64,000 bases of DNA from Octopus vulgaris (GCA_951406725.2 OX597828.1:28458001-28522000); one strand, 5' to 3'. Numbered from the stretch's first letter, positions 1 to 15,372 are shown. Program-made: numbers and translations. Notes: generated by a model from the sequence alone, not told the origin.

Positions 1-158
1 CAGCAAATCTAATGAGTATTTGTCCACAACAGGCCAATAACAAAACACGAATGCAATTCCGTGTGTCTGTCACCTCTCAATAATTAAAACAGTGAGGGGC
101 GTTGATTATGATGACCAGTACAGAAATGTCAGTGACAGTGGCTACTGATTAATCCGGT

Positions 159-165
159 ACACATA

Positions 166-264
<99 letters not shown>

Positions 265-315
265 ACACACACACACATACACATACACGCGCGTGCGCAC
301 ACACACATACACACA

Positions 316-391
<76 letters not shown>
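159..391. repeat. (CA)n microsatellite
   Basis: Directly visible. Confidence 0.95.
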
Positions 392-395
<4 letters not shown>

Positions 396-1196
396 GCAGC
401 CACAGACAGATGAAGGCAAAGAAGCAAGTTATTTGAAGCTAGAAATGGTATTTGGTAGGAGAGTGGTGTGGTGTACATTGACCAACCAGCCAACCCCTTT
501 TCAATTATGTTTATCTATACACACACACACACTCTCTCTCTCTCTCTCTCTCTCTCTTTTTCTCTCTTTCCTTATTGCTGCTTTTACCGTACTGAACAGT
601 GGCAAAGTCCACCTAAGCAGGCTTGTTATGATCCCATACCTCATTCATGTGGATGGATGGATTGCAATGCCAGTGTTTCCAATTAACTTATTCATATCTC
701 CAGTTGAATAAACTCCTACAACATTCACGGAATGATTGATGTGGCCAGAATCATTGAGATGTTCGTTAGTCGTTAGTCATCAGCAGAATTGTATCCTCAC
801 AAATTGGGTCAGTTTAAGCCCCAGGTTAGCCCTAATTATGCAGATCTCTAATCAAATGCTTTCTGGCTTTGACAATCCCAATTAATTTGTATATTATACT
901 CAATATTTATATTGCCAAATGTGTTCTTTCAATGATGGAGATGGAATTTTTCAAGGAAATTTGGCTAATTTTTTGTTTTAGCCTGTCAAATGACCACCTT
1001 GAGCAGTCATGAGCAGCCTGTAGTAGGACTTTCCGAATGGAATACCTAACAAAAATTTACCTTCAAATACATGGTGGTGCAACTGGCTTGATGATGAGCC
1101 ATGTTTCATGCGGCCCACATTTTCATAAAAGCTGTTCACCTCTGATCTCCCTCATTGAGTTGATTGGCTAAGGGATAAGGTTGTTTATTTGGTCAG

Positions 1197-1258
1197 TTTT
1201 GAAAGCCTTCTTTCCACTTTGCCACAAGTGACCACATAGAACTTTTCCTCCTATCCAC

Positions 1259-1289
<31 letters not shown>

Positions 1290-1636
1290 TTTCTCTCTCT
1301 CTCTCTCTTTGGGTAAGTTAAGCCTTCTTTCCACTTTGCCAGAAGTGACCACATAGAACTCTTCCTCCTATCCACCTCTCCCTCTCTCTCTCTCACTCTC
1401 TCTCTCCCTCTTTCTCTCTCTCTCTCTCTCTCCCTCTTTCTTTCTCTCTCTTTGGGTGAGTTAAGCCTTCTTTCCACTTTGCCAGAAGTGACCACATAGA
1501 ACTCTTCCTCCTATCCACCTCTCACTCTCTCTCTCTCTCCCTCTTTCTCTCTCTCTCTTTGGGTGAGTTAAGCCTTCTTTCCACTTTGCCAGAAGTGACC
1601 ACATAGAATTCTTCCTCCTATCCACCTCTCCCTCTA

Positions 1637-1715
<79 letters not shown>
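1197..1715. repeat. Tandem repeat: 4 copies of a ~65-bp unique core separated by variable (CT)n
   Basis: aagccttctttccactttgccagaagtgaccacatagaactcttcctcctatccacct at about 1203, 1320, 1463 and 1570. Confidence 0.9.
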
Positions 1716-1716
<1 letters not shown>

Positions 1717-2035
1717 GATTAGTTTATTGATGCAGTTATCTTCAAACAACCCTGTAAAGTTCTCTTGTTGGACCAACAGCACAAGTTCATTTATTTGGGC
1801 AACCGGGGGATATTTCTCTCATGACACACAACCCTTCCAATTTACCAATTTAAGAAAAAAGAGTGGTCAACCCACACACTTACTTCAGATGCCTTCACAA
1901 AACCAAACACAACTCACACACACACATATATATGTAGATGCATATGTCTACATGGTCTAGTTACTGCATTGTCTGAACATGAAACTTGAAGTAGCTCACG
2001 TATTAATCATGTATTTATTAAATGACATATTTTAT

Positions 2036-2075
<40 letters not shown>

Positions 2076-2374
2076 TGTGTGTATGTATTATGTATATACA
2101 TTTACACACACACACATACATATATAACCTTTATGTATGTTGGGGGGTTGTTTCTCCTCTGACACCCACTAAAAAGCAGTTACATTGTACCCAACCTAAA
2201 ATTCCTTTATTCCCAAACATTACTTGGCATCGATCCTGTTCTTTTTATCTCAACTCATGTCACTGATCTTGCTGTTTTTTAGTTATAGCCATAGCTTTGA
2301 ATCTGCCCAGGGTTATCTTTCTTCGGTATTTCCCATTGGTAATGGCTAAAGAACCAGAAACATGCATTTGTGAA

Positions 2375-2394
2375 TCCAGTAGGGGGCAGCACTG
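2375..2394 (+). promoter_or_regulatory. Candidate CTCF site
   Basis: tCCAGTAGGGGGCAGCActg is close to the CTCF core consensus. Confidence 0.4.
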
Positions 2395-2580
2395 GACAGA
2401 TATTGTGTTTTTACACCTTTTTACCGTAAGAAGGGATTTTTTTCCATGGCAACTGCAGTGAAATTGCCTTTAGAAGTTAAAATATTCCACAAACATTTTA
2501 ACTAACCTAAAGTCTCTTTATTCTTAATCACTGTTTGGCACTGATGTTTCTCTCTCTCCCTCACTCTCACTCTCTCTCAC

Positions 2581-2616
<36 letters not shown>

Positions 2617-2839
2617 ACTCTCTCTCTGTCTCTCTCTCTCTCTCCATATATATCGCAATATATTGGATGCAGGTATGTATCGTTAACCAGCTAGAGATAT
2701 CCTGCTGGGTTAAAAAATCACAGTAAAGTCTGTTTGAACAGAACAGGCATGTTACAAACGTTACTTAGTAGTACAACTACTGTGTTCATCTCTTAGAGAG
2801 ATTTTAGGACTAGCTTTTTAACTTTTATATGCATATATA

Positions 2840-2882
<43 letters not shown>

Positions 2883-3249
2883 TGGGGGAGGGGTCCAGTT
2901 GATCAAATTGACCCCAGTATGCAACTGGTACTTAATTTATCACGCCTGAAAGGATAAAAGGCAAAGCTGACCTCAGCAGAATTTGAACTCAGAACGTAAA
3001 GACAGATGAAGTACTGCTAAGCATTTCACCCGGCATGCTATGAATGGTGAAATGTCATGCATGGTAATGACAAGGTAGGAGACGTTTACCTTAATTAAAG
3101 ACATGCTCAAAGCACAGCTAGACAAGATCATGGCATCATCCTACCTGCATTCTTATATGCAGGGGATATGTGGGGAACACGCAGTATGATTGAACTCAGA
3201 ACCGTGTGGTTAGGAAGCAAATTCCATACCACACAGCCATGCCTGTGCC

Positions 3250-3283
<34 letters not shown>

Positions 3284-3821
3284 GGGTTTCTGTACAGTTT
3301 CCATCTACCAAATTCCACTCACAAAGATTACACTCACCCTGCTGCTGAAATAGGAGATACATGACCATAGTAGCACGTAGAGGAATTGAACCTAGAACTA
3401 CGTCTTTGCAAAAGTAAGCTTCTTACCCAACCAGCCATTCCATGCTTCTCACTGTCATTCTATTATAATGGCTTCAGTTGAATAGATGGATGCCTTTGGT
3501 ATACAACTATTTGAAAGTTGAATAATTTTGTGTGTTTTCTTCATTATACTTTTATTTGCTTTCATCGTGGAACAATCTGGCAAAAATATGACAGAAGCAA
3601 AATAAGAACAATAATAAATACAAGAAATATAATAAGGATTTTCATGCACATATTCACATATTTGTGGGCATGTATGTGTGCATGTACCTAAATATGTATG
3701 TATGTGTGTGTGTGTGTGCACGCACGTGTGTGTGTGTGTGTGTACACATTAATAATCAAAAAGATTATAGATGTGGAGTATAGAAAACACCCAACTTTCT
3801 CAAAGTTGTGCTCTTACTATG

Positions 3822-3869
<48 letters not shown>

Positions 3870-3878
3870 ATATATATA

Positions 3879-3953
<75 letters not shown>

Positions 3954-4060
3954 ATTTATATATATTTACATATATATATATTTATATATATATATATATG
4001 TGTATGTATATATGTATATATATATTCATGTGTGTGTGTGTGTATTTATATATATATTTG

Positions 4061-4105
<45 letters not shown>

Positions 4106-4360
4106 ATATATATATATATGTATAAAGCAAACGTGTGTATATATATTCTTTATAGAATTATTCCATCGGTTACTGTAGGGGCCGCTTGCAACTATATATC
4201 CTAACGAACACACAGACCCTCTTTACTCCCTACCATTACCCCCAACTTCATACCTATAGTCCACAATACCCAACCTCCAACTTTGCATCTCCCCCCCCCA
4301 CCGACTCTGTTGGAAACCTCCCTTCTATCTGTCACTTATAGTCATATATGCCTTTTGTTC

Positions 4361-4407
<47 letters not shown>

Positions 4408-4988
4408 AAACATGCTCTGTTTCTCCTTCTCTCCCCATTACTCTCCCCCTTTCTTTCTTTCTTTCTCAGTCTCTGATTCCTTTATTCTCCTACACTCTCA
4501 CTTTCTGCTACTCACTCTCTCTCACTCCTACTCTCTCTCTCACATTTCTGACCTCCCACCTTTCTGTCTGCCTACCTGATGGTCTGTTTTTCTATTCTTC
4601 TCTCTCTCTTATTCTCTCTCTCTCTCCCCTTCTCTCACAGTCTCTCATTTTTCATAAGTATTATTCTTCTCTCTCTCTCTCCTCTCCTTTCTCATTCTCT
4701 CTCTCCTCTCATATTCTCTCTCTCTCTCCTCTCCTTTCTTATTCTCTCTCTCTCCTCTCCTTTCTTATTCTCTCTCTCTTCTCTCCTTTCTCATTCTCTC
4801 TCTCTCTCTCTCTCTGCTGCCTCACCAGCCTGATTCCCCATTTCACTCTCTCTCTCTTATTTTCCATTAGACTTTTCCCTTCCCTCTCTCTCCGTTACTT
4901 TCTTAATAACAGCTTCTCTATCTTTTCTATTTCACCGGCATAATCCCACCCTCTCACCCCCTCTCTCACACTCCCTCTCTCACACACA

Positions 4989-5024
<36 letters not shown>

Positions 5025-5397
5025 CCGTAAGCTTTCTTCCCACTCTTTTTGCTTTCTTATTAGCTTATCATTTCTCTATCTTTTCTCTCTCTCTCTCTCT
5101 CTCTCTCCAACACCCCCACACACACACACTTTTCTCTCCTCCTAAGAATATGTTCCAATCCTCTCTGTATCCTTCTCTTCTGCCATTATCTGCAAAACAA
5201 GCTCAGCTGCAGGCTGACCAAGACATCATCTACAAGACATCGATGTGGCTGCTAACATCAAAGACATACACACACTTTACCAAAAAAAAAAAAAAAAAAA
5301 AAAAAAAACAAAAATTCTACTCACCCTCATCTTATTATTTATATTATTTTTTACGTATTTTTTATATATAACAGTAATTTTATTATTATTATTGTTA

Positions 5398-5433
<36 letters not shown>

Positions 5434-6140
5434 TTTTAGTTATTGTGGATGTTGTTTATTTTTTTTTCCTTTTGTCCCCCCTTCTTTTTTACTGCTGGTA
5501 GCAGCAAAGATCTCAAAAGTGTGGTGTGGTGGGGGAGCAGTGGCGGAGGGGAGGGGGGTCGATTCTTTAATTCTCTTCCTTTGTTTTCTTATATTATTAT
5601 TTTTATTTTTTTTGTTGTTTTTTTTTTCAGTATATATTATGTTTTTGTTTCTGCTGTTGTTAGTTTTCTTTTTTTAATTTCTTCTTCAATTTTTTTAAAG
5701 TATTTTTTTTTGTGTCTGTTATTTATTTAATTTTTTTCGTAGTGGTGGTGGTGGTGGTGGTGGTGGTGGGGGGACGGGGGTCGATTCCCTTCTACTATCT
5801 TCCGTTTGTCTTGTCTTTATACAAAGTTATTTTACTTTAGTCACTGTGTGTGTGTTTGTGTGTGTGTGTGCATGTGTGTGTGTATATGTATATATGTATA
5901 AGTGTGTGTATGCGTGTGCATGTCCGTTGGTATGAGGAGCATATCTGTGCACACAGTATATAAACATACATATTTTGCATACAAAAAACAAATCCATGTG
6001 GTCACACACACACACACACACACACACATAAACACACATTTGCACACATACATGCAAGTATACATGTGCATTGATACACATCATAATAAAACACCTAAGA
6101 CATAGACTCACACAAAAAGTATATGCCAACACATATACTA

Positions 6141-6184
<44 letters not shown>

Positions 6185-6493
6185 TATATATATGAGGAAA
6201 CACAATGTAATTTGTACATACATACACATGCACTGTTCAAAAAGCCCTTCCCCCCTCTCTCTATATATACATACATACATGTATGCATTTATATATGTGT
6301 GTGTGTATGTGTGTATAGCCCACCCATTCTCTGACCCATGCATTTACACACACACACACACATACATGCATACACATATGCATGCACACACATACACACA
6401 CAGCATGCATGCATATAATCACATAAATTACATTATCATTATGTCCTGCATCTTCACATGGGTATATACAGAATATACATACATACCCCATCG

Positions 6494-6550
<57 letters not shown>

Positions 6551-6643
6551 TTATATATGTACACATAAGTATATGTATATATATATGTCTGTGTATGTGT
6601 GTGTATACATATATGTATATATATATGTATATATATATATATA

Positions 6644-6688
<45 letters not shown>

Positions 6689-8477
6689 AGATGCATGTAT
6701 ATGTTTTGCTGCACACATCATTGTTGCTATAATGTAATAAGTTGCAAGCAGGAAGGCTGCCAAATATTAAATGTTATAAGAAAGAAAGACAAAAAAAAAC
6801 AATGAAAAAACAAGAAGAAAATTAAAAGAAAATACCTCAAAAACAACAGCAAAAACAATGTTCAGTTAATCACAGGTTACACAGCAAAGAGCTTTCTTAA
6901 AAGAGGAAAAATTGTAAAAAAGAATAAAAAATAAAATAAAGTAGAAATAAAATAATAAAAAAAGATATAAATGAAAAATAAAATACAAAAGTAGCAAAAG
7001 ACCAGTGTGACTAATTAAAGATAATTAGGCAGGTTTATAAAACTGTTTTCTGCTGTTAAGAGTAAGGAAATTTTGAGGGTATGTATATATCACCATCATC
7101 ATCAACCTCCAGTGTTTTAAATCTGAGTTTTGTCCCCATTAACTGGGGTGGCCAGATCCACCCCAATGCCATAGCAACCACCCTCACACCATCTCACCAT
7201 CTTGCCTAGTTTTGGCTGTCTTCCTTTTTCAAGCCAACCCTCCCCATCTCCTCTTCCACCTTTTCCTCAGTCTACCTCGCTTTCCCAGGGTTGAGCTGTA
7301 CTAGAGGTGCTTCCATAATATATGGTATTTCCTGGGTAGTTTTAAAACTTTATGGAGCATACCCTTCTCTAGGTCTGTCTGATAGCAACAGCTGGTTTCT
7401 TCTGGAAAGAAAAAGAGAAGAATAGGTGGGATTAAAAAGACAGAGAGAGAAAAAGAGGGAGGAAGAAAAATTCCCCCCTCCCCTCCAGTTTTGCACTGGT
7501 CCTTTAAATAATGAATCCTCGAAAAGGATTAAAGGCAAAGTTGACCTTGATAGGATTTCCCAACCATGTCACTTCTGGTTCAGTGTCCCACTGCATGGCA
7601 CTTTGGGCAGATGTCCCCTACTACAGACTCTTGTGAATTTGGTAGTATGTGTGGGTGTGTGTCTTGGTGTTGGTTTGTTTACATTCCTGTACCGTAGCAG
7701 TTCATCAAAATATGTCAATAGGATAAGTGCTAGACTTTTAAAAAAAAAGCACTGGGGTCAATTTCTTCACCTTGAACCCTTTAAAGGAGTGCTCCACTCC
7801 AGCATGGCCATGGTCTCATGACTGACCAAGCTCACCTTGTGGGATTAGAACTCACTGTCTTTAAGTATCCAGCATTTCATGACCAAGTTGTCTTCCATTT
7901 CTATCAGGTCCATCATTCAAAATTTCTTAAGCACAAGGTCAGATACTTTGAGAAAGAGGAAGAGTCATTCATTCATCATCATCAACAACCCCTGGACATT
8001 GCAACGTTGAATCCTAGGACTTACACAGCATCCTTGGATGGGATGCCAGTCCATCACATGGTTATTCATTACAACTGAGTATACTGGAACAATGGGAAAT
8101 GAAATGAAATGTTTTGCTCAAGAATACAATGGACTGCCCATTCCGAGAATTGAAACCACAATCTTTCGATTGTGAGTGCAGTGCCCTAACCACTAAGCCA
8201 CACATCAGTACTTCACTGGTACTTTATTTTATCACCCCAGAAAGATGAAGGGCTAAGTCAACCCAGACAGGGTTGAATCCAAGAAGATAAAGGTATTTTG
8301 AGGCATCAAACTTGGTAGTTATTAGAATGTGGAATAAAATTTCTTGCACTATATCAGTTCTGGGTCTTTATGCTGTGAGTTCAAATCCTGCTGCTGTCAA
8401 CTTTGCCTTTCACTTCATTGGGGTTGGGAAATAAAATAACCCTCAAGGACTGGCATTGATTCTTCTCTCTTTCCTTC

Positions 8478-8525
<48 letters not shown>

Positions 8526-10074
8526 GCTTGACTACTGGTGTTGGTTTCTTCCCTGTAACTTAGCAGTTCAGCAAAACAAACCAGCAGAATAAGTAACATG
8601 CTCAAAACATATGTGCTGGGGTTTATTCTTTCAACTAAAAATTAATCCTTCAAGGTGGTGCCCCAGCATGGCCACAGTCTAATGACGGTGACACGGGAAA
8701 GGTAAGAGATAAAGGCCATCAGTTTTGAGGGTAGGAGGCAGGTCAGCTACATCAACCCTAGTACATCACTGGTATTGTACTCGATGCTGGCAGAAATGTT
8801 AGCATGCCGGCGAAATGCTAAGTGGTATTTCGTCTGCCCACTACGTTCTGAGTTCAAATTCCGCCGAGATCGACTTTGCCTTTCATCCTTTCGGGGGCGA
8901 TTAAATAAAGTACCAGTTACGCACTGGGGTCGACATAATTGACTTAATCCGTTTGTCCTTGTTTGTCTTCTCTGTGTTTAGCCCCTTGTGGGTAGTAAAG
9001 AAATAGGTATTGTATTCGATGCTGAAAGGAGGAAAGGCTAAGTTGACCTTGACAGGATTTGAACTCTGAACCTAAAGAGACAAAAGAAATGCTGCTAAGC
9101 ATTTCATCCCATATTCTCATGGTTCTGCCAGCTTGCCTTTTATTTTCTAATAATATAACAGCGAAGAATCTCTACGACATAATCACCAAGCTTCCAACTT
9201 GGTCACTATATTTATTCTGAATTATCTCTGCTCTCTCCATTGATTATAGCTATTATGATTCTCTTCAGTGATTGATTCAATTACTTAACGACTGTTATTC
9301 ACGGTGTCCTCTTCTTGTTCATATACAAAAAAAAACAACAACACCAATCTCTATTTTTAGCCTAGAAGTTTATAACAGTTGTGAAAAGAAGTTTTAAAAA
9401 ATAGTACCAGTCTGAGGATTGTAATCAACTTACCTCCCACCCTCACGTTGCAGTCCTTGGGCCTGTGGTAAAACAATCATTATTATTATTGAGTGAGAAT
9501 CATTACTTGTCATGAAAGTGATTCTGGGGTACAAATATACGAAGCCCAATATACCCATCATGACTACCCATCTGATAAGGGTACACCAGGCACATGCACA
9601 ACATAGTGATCTCATATCAAGATAAAAAGTGCATGACTTTGTAGGTGGGACCCAGTTAGAATTTTCTTCAGACCAAGTAGCCCGTCCTGCTCAAAAGGTC
9701 CCTGAATAAGGTTTGTTTTAAGGATGATGAACAAAACACCCATGTTTCCAGAGGGGAATTATTCAAAACCCCAAAGAACTCCTCTCAGCACATGGCTATG
9801 ATGCTCCCCCACTTCTGCTAATGATCAGAGATACACATATCGTCAGCCACTAAGGGACATGCTCAACTGGTTAAGGTCAAACAAATGACAAGCAAACCTG
9901 TGGTATTGAGCAGAATATTTGCTTGTTGCCCATCTTTTATACCAAGACAAAACAATGTACATAATAACACTTCCAATCAGTTAAGATCAGAAGTCATGAC
10001 AGTCACTGCCTGATACTACATCAGAGCATAATGGCTATTTCCTAAGTAGAAATTATTATTATTATAATTATTAT

Positions 10075-10521
10075 TTCTCTTTATCACAGGTTTTCTTGGA
10101 GCTCCTGGAGTCTTGCATGTGTAGCAGACTTACTGCCTACAGTAGCATGCTATCCATTTTTTCCAGTTTTCTAATGCTTTCCTAATTATTCTGGCCATGC
10201 CAGAGAGGCAAACCTTTTGTAAGAGTCCTACTGGGCACTCTACTCCAATTTCCTTTATATTCCTCTTGATATCTCCTGATACTGTTCCCAAGGATCCAAC
10301 GATAATTGGCACTATCTTCACCTTCTTCATTTTTTATAGCCAGGTTATTTCATAGTTAAGAGGGTTCTATCTATCTATCTTTTCGCCTTCCTACTTGACT
10401 ATTCGTGAGTCAAAGGGACATGCAACATCAACTATAAAACATATATGGTGCACCTTATCCTCCACCACTAGGTCCGATCTGTTATACTCTAGCACCTGAT
10501 CTGTTTGGATTAGGAAATCCC

Positions 10522-10523
<2 letters not shown>
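10075..10523 (-). mobile_element. R4/Dong-like (restriction-like endonuclease) non-LTR 3' fragment
   Basis: Minus strand reads WDFLIQTDQVLEYNRSDLVV...VDVACPFD...KIVPIIVGSLG; (TAA)n on both sides. Confidence 0.72.
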
Positions 10524-10552
<29 letters not shown>

Positions 10553-10764
10553 AGGCGGTGAGCTGGCAGAATCATTAGCACGCCAGGCAAAATGCATAGC
10601 AGCATTTCATTCGTCTGCATGTTCTGAGTTCAAATTCCACCACGGTCGACTTTGCCTTTCATCCTTTTGGGATCGATAAAATAAGTACCAGTTAAACACT
10701 GGGGTTGATGTAATTGACTGGACCCCGCCCCCATAATAGCTGCCCTTGTGGCAAAATGCTAAGC

Positions 10765-10795
<31 letters not shown>

Positions 10796-11064
10796 GTTAT
10801 TATTATTATTGTTTTTATTATAATAAAGGCAGTGAGTTGGTAGAGTCATTAGCACATCAGACCAAATGCTTCCTGACATTTCTTCTAGCACTTTATGCTC
10901 TGAGTTCAGATGCTGCCAAGGTTAACTTTGCATTTTGTCTTTTTGGAGTCGATAAAATAAGTACCAAATGAAAACTTGGGCTGATGTAATCAACTTAGCC
11001 CCCTCCCCTCAAATTTTAGGTCTTGTGTCTTTAGTAGAAAGTGTTATTATTGTTGTTGTTATTA

Positions 11065-12345
11065 TGTGATGAAACCTCACAGTTTATTTTGCTGGGTGTG
11101 ATGGAAAATGTCTGTTGTCCACAGCCAACAGATTAAGGTGACGCTTCTTTACTGATCATGCTTCAAGAACCCTGCGAAGAATTCTTGCCTTTCCAAGCAA
11201 TGCTGACTTTTGTAGTTGTTCTGCTTTCACACTTGCACCAATCTTTTTCAGCCATATTGGTAGGTGAGTGATGATACCTCCAAATGCACCAATTACTATT
11301 GGTATCACATCTACTCTTTTCCTTGACCACAACCTTCATATTTCCCACTTCAATTCGTCATGGTTGTTTATTTTCCCTTCTTCTTTCTCATTAATCCTGT
11401 TGTCACCGGAGCATGCTATGTCAATTATCATGCATGTTCTTTCTTTTTCATTCACCGCAATGAATCATTGCATCCCACAGGATTTTCCAATTCTCATTCT
11501 TGATGACTCCTTCTACGGTTTGGTCATACCACATCTTTGCTCTTTGTAGGCCATAATTTCCACAGAGCTCCCAATGGATCATTCTTGCCACATTGTCATG
11601 GCATCTTTTGTATTCACATTGTGTCAATTTTGGGCATTCGCTAATGATGTGCTATACCGTTTTACCCCTCTCACCACACATTCTGCATTTGTCACAGCAG
11701 TAGTCTTGTCTATTCTGCACTTCATATAGTTGGTCCTTAATGCTTGTTCTTGAGCTGCGCATATAAGTGCTTCTATTTCTATCTTCAGGTCTCTCCTCCT
11801 CATCCATAACCACCAGTCTTCTGTATCTATCTTGGCGTCCATATCTCTTGCACACTAACCAAACATTTTTTTTTCTGTACATGCTGTTTCTTTTTGTGTG
11901 TTCTTTTCCTCTTTAAATTTTTATTTCATTTCGCAATTCTGAGTTTTGATGACTCCAGCCTTCTTTGCATGTTTCAACAATGGTTCCACGGCATTTTTTT
12001 ACTTAACCACCCTAAGCTTCCTCTGTTTCAATACAATCCTGACAACTGATCAACCTCTCCCACCCTTTCTTCTGAACAAGTACAGGCTACTGGTGTCACT
12101 CTTAGGGTGGAAGGCTCTGTGTACTGTCAACATCTTTCTTGTTTTTGTATCCATTTTCATCAGCTCTTTCTTTTGCCATTTTATAATTCCCACTCCACAC
12201 CAAAGTGATGCTATCACTCTACATATTAACTGCTTGGATTTTATTCCAGCTGGTCAATTTTGAGCACAACACCAATCTTGGTCTTCAGAAAGATTCAATC
12301 CTTAGTTGTTCTTTCATTTCTTCTCCTTTATTTCATTGAACTCTA
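11065..12345 (-). mobile_element. Degenerate R4/Dong-like non-LTR fragment
   Basis: EALICAAQEQALRTNY, CRMCGE zinc knuckle and PIVIGAFG-like motifs; frameshifted. Confidence 0.72.
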
Positions 12346-12593
12346 GTAAAGCAGCATGCTGACACAATCGTTAGCTTGCCAGGCAAAATGCTTAGCAGTA
12401 TTTCATCTGTCTTTACATTCTGAGTTCAAATTCTCCCAAGGCTTTTGGTGCCAATAAAATAAAACCAGTTGAACACAGGGCTCAATGTAACTGACTTACC
12501 TGTCCCCTAAAATTACTGGCCATATGCCAAAATTTGAAACCATCATCATCATCATCATCATCATCATCGTTATCATTATCATTATTATTATTA

Positions 12594-12950
12594 TTACCGC
12601 TGCCTTAGCGAAGGTGGAGTTATTGTTTTCAGTCATGTTTGTTTGTTTGTCTATTCATGAACAAGATATCTCAAAAACTGCTGGATGGATTTGGATAAAA
12701 CTTTCAGAGAAGTTTGGCCTCATACCTGGCATGAACTGGTTAGATTTTGGGATTGATCTGGTACCAGACAAGGATTCTGGATTATCTTACCTGTTCTTTT
12801 TACTTAATTTTTGAGAGAGGTCAAATTTACTTGTGAGAGCAGTCGAGTTTATTTCCGATGTTCTCATTTTAAAAATCATCTCTGGCTAATTGTTGAGAGG
12901 ACGTTGGTGTTGCCTTGGTGGAGGTTTGTACTCTCTCTGAGTACTCTTGT
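12594..12950 (+). mobile_element. HINE/DINE-1-like (Helentron-associated) element
   Basis: Start ttaccgctgcc...aaggtggagttat, internal (gttt)n, gatatctcaaaaact...ggattt core, 3' ccttggtggagg plus hairpin actctctctgagt; sits in a T-rich tract. Confidence 0.6.
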
Positions 12951-13959
12951 TATTATTATTATTGTTGTTGTTGTTATGAATGCAGCAAGCTGGCAGAATC
13001 GTCAGCACACTGGGCAAAATGCTTACTTTGCCCATCGCTACATTCTGAGTTCAAATTCCACCAAGGTCAACTGTGCCTTTCATCCTTTCGGAGTCAATGA
13101 ATTAAATACCAGTGAAACACTGGGGTTGATGTAATCGACACGTCCCCTCCCTCAAAATGGCTGCCCTTGTGGCAAAATTTGAAACCATTGTTATTATCAT
13201 CATCATTATTATTATTATTATTATTATTAAAGTAGCACGCTTCACAAAATAATTAGCAGCATCCCGTTCATCTCTCCAAATTCAGATAACACTAAGGTCA
13301 ACTTTGCCTTTCATACTTTGTGGCTCAGCAAAATAAATACCTGTTAACTATTGGGTCAATTTACTAGACCCACCTCATACAATGTTTCAGGTTGTCTAAA
13401 AGGATTATTATTATTTTCAATTGGCAAAAGAATAAATATGATAAAATATACTTATACTTATTTACTGAGTCTAATTTATCTTGCTTGTTCTGTCAAACTT
13501 ATGTGTGTATGTGTACGTAAATCTATCTATTTATGTATGTATCTATCTATTTATCTATCTATCTAATTATCCCTCTCTCTCTGTTTTTATATGTGCATGT
13601 GTACAAATATATATATATGTAAACATATATGGATATGTATGCTTGTAAATGTGTGTGTGTGTGTATAGCCATGAATGATAGTTTGTGTATATGCCTCATT
13701 TCAAATAAAGTAAACAAGACGTTTTTCTGGAAAGTTCCATTATAAATTAATTGATGTCATTAAGTTCTTCATTTTGATAGCAAATGGTTTACCATTTTAA
13801 TGAAAGCTAACTTTAATAATCCTAAGTTTACTACTTCCTGCATACAACCTCTGCGAGGGTTTGAAAGTTCCATAAGGAAATGAAAGACCATTTCATAGTT
13901 TACCGTTTTTTCCTTTGTACTTTGGAGGGTCATTTTCACAAATATTGTGGATGTTTTTA

Positions 13960-14273
13960 CTGTTGATGTTGATGATGATGGTGGTGGTGGTGGTGGTGGT
14001 GGTGGTGGTGGTAGTCGTGGTGGTAGTCGTGGTGGTGGTGGTGGCATCACCTGCAGTGGAAGCAGCAGCATTGATAATGGTGGTTATGATGTGATGGTGA
14101 TGATGTTGATTGTAATAATAATGATGATGGTGTTGATGGTGTTGATGGCAATGATGATGAGGATGATGACGATGGTGGTGGTAATGATGATGATGATGAT
14201 GAGGAGGAGAAGGACAGTCACAAAGATGACGATAATGGTGCTGTTGAGAAAGATGATGTTGATGACAAGGGCA

Positions 14274-14334
<61 letters not shown>

Positions 14335-14345
14335 CATTGTTGCTG
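13960..14345. repeat. (GGT)n/(GAT)n trinucleotide region
   Basis: Directly visible. Confidence 0.9.
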
Positions 14346-14432
14346 TTGCTGTTAAAGCCAGTTTCTTTATAAAGTCATCATGTTTGGTTGGTTGATTATC
14401 AAAACCTGTCACCTCTCACAAATCCCTTCCTC

Positions 14433-14468
<36 letters not shown>

Positions 14469-15340
14469 CTGAGGGTGTAAACAGAAAGTTTTTCATCATC
14501 CGAGAACATTTGATATTGTTTGACTTCTTGAAGTTTAATTCTCCCCACCTGATAGAGTTTAGCTTCTGTTGGCTTCTTGAGATGACACCTTAGGCCTCAG
14601 GTGATACAGCAACTAATTAAGAGACTTGAATAGGTTTCTATTGAGCAGAATATATACACATACATATACACACACACATACAAAACTAATTCTTCACCAT
14701 CGCTGGTGATAGAGTTATGGTGTTAGATGTCCAGGTGACAGGAAAGAGACAATGATGATAACAATGATGATGATGATGAGGAGGATGATGATGCATGCTG
14801 CTGGTGGTATGGTTTGAACTTGCACCGGCATGCAACCCAGTGCTGCTCCACATTCACCATTCTGAAGACCAAACCATTCTAAAGATACATTATAACATGT
14901 GAGAAAAGTTTATTCATTACAGCAGTGGTGGTGGCCATGGTGGTGATGGTGGTGGCCATGGTGGTGATGGTGGTGGTGGTGGGGATCCATCTTCTCTCCC
15001 TTCCATCCCATACTCCTTCACTTCCCAACATCTCTCTCCTTCCTTCCTTCCTTCCTTCCTTCTTTCCTTTCTTCCTTCCTCGCTGCAAGCATTCCAACAA
15101 GTTTGTAGTTCTGGACAAATATATTAACTTTCACCAATACCTTCTCCCTTCTCTTCCTTCCGCTCTTGTAATCATTACTATCATCATCATCATCAGCATC
15201 ATCATCATTATCATCAATATTACTATTACCAACATCCTCATGATTACAATGACCATCATCATTATTGCCATTATCCTCATTCTCATTTTCATTGTCATCA
15301 CCTCCACTACCACCACCATCACAACAACAAATATCACCCA

Positions 15341-15372
<32 letters not shown>

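Noticed and set aside
1197-1715. CRISPR-like repeat-spacer appearance
   Set aside because: Spacers are (CT)n rather than unique sequence, the repeats are too long, the context is eukaryotic and no cas genes are present.
9490-10030. Complex-sequence block flanked by ATT repeats
   Set aside because: Probably an interspersed repeat, but single-copy in this window with no diagnostic ORF or termini, so it cannot be classified.
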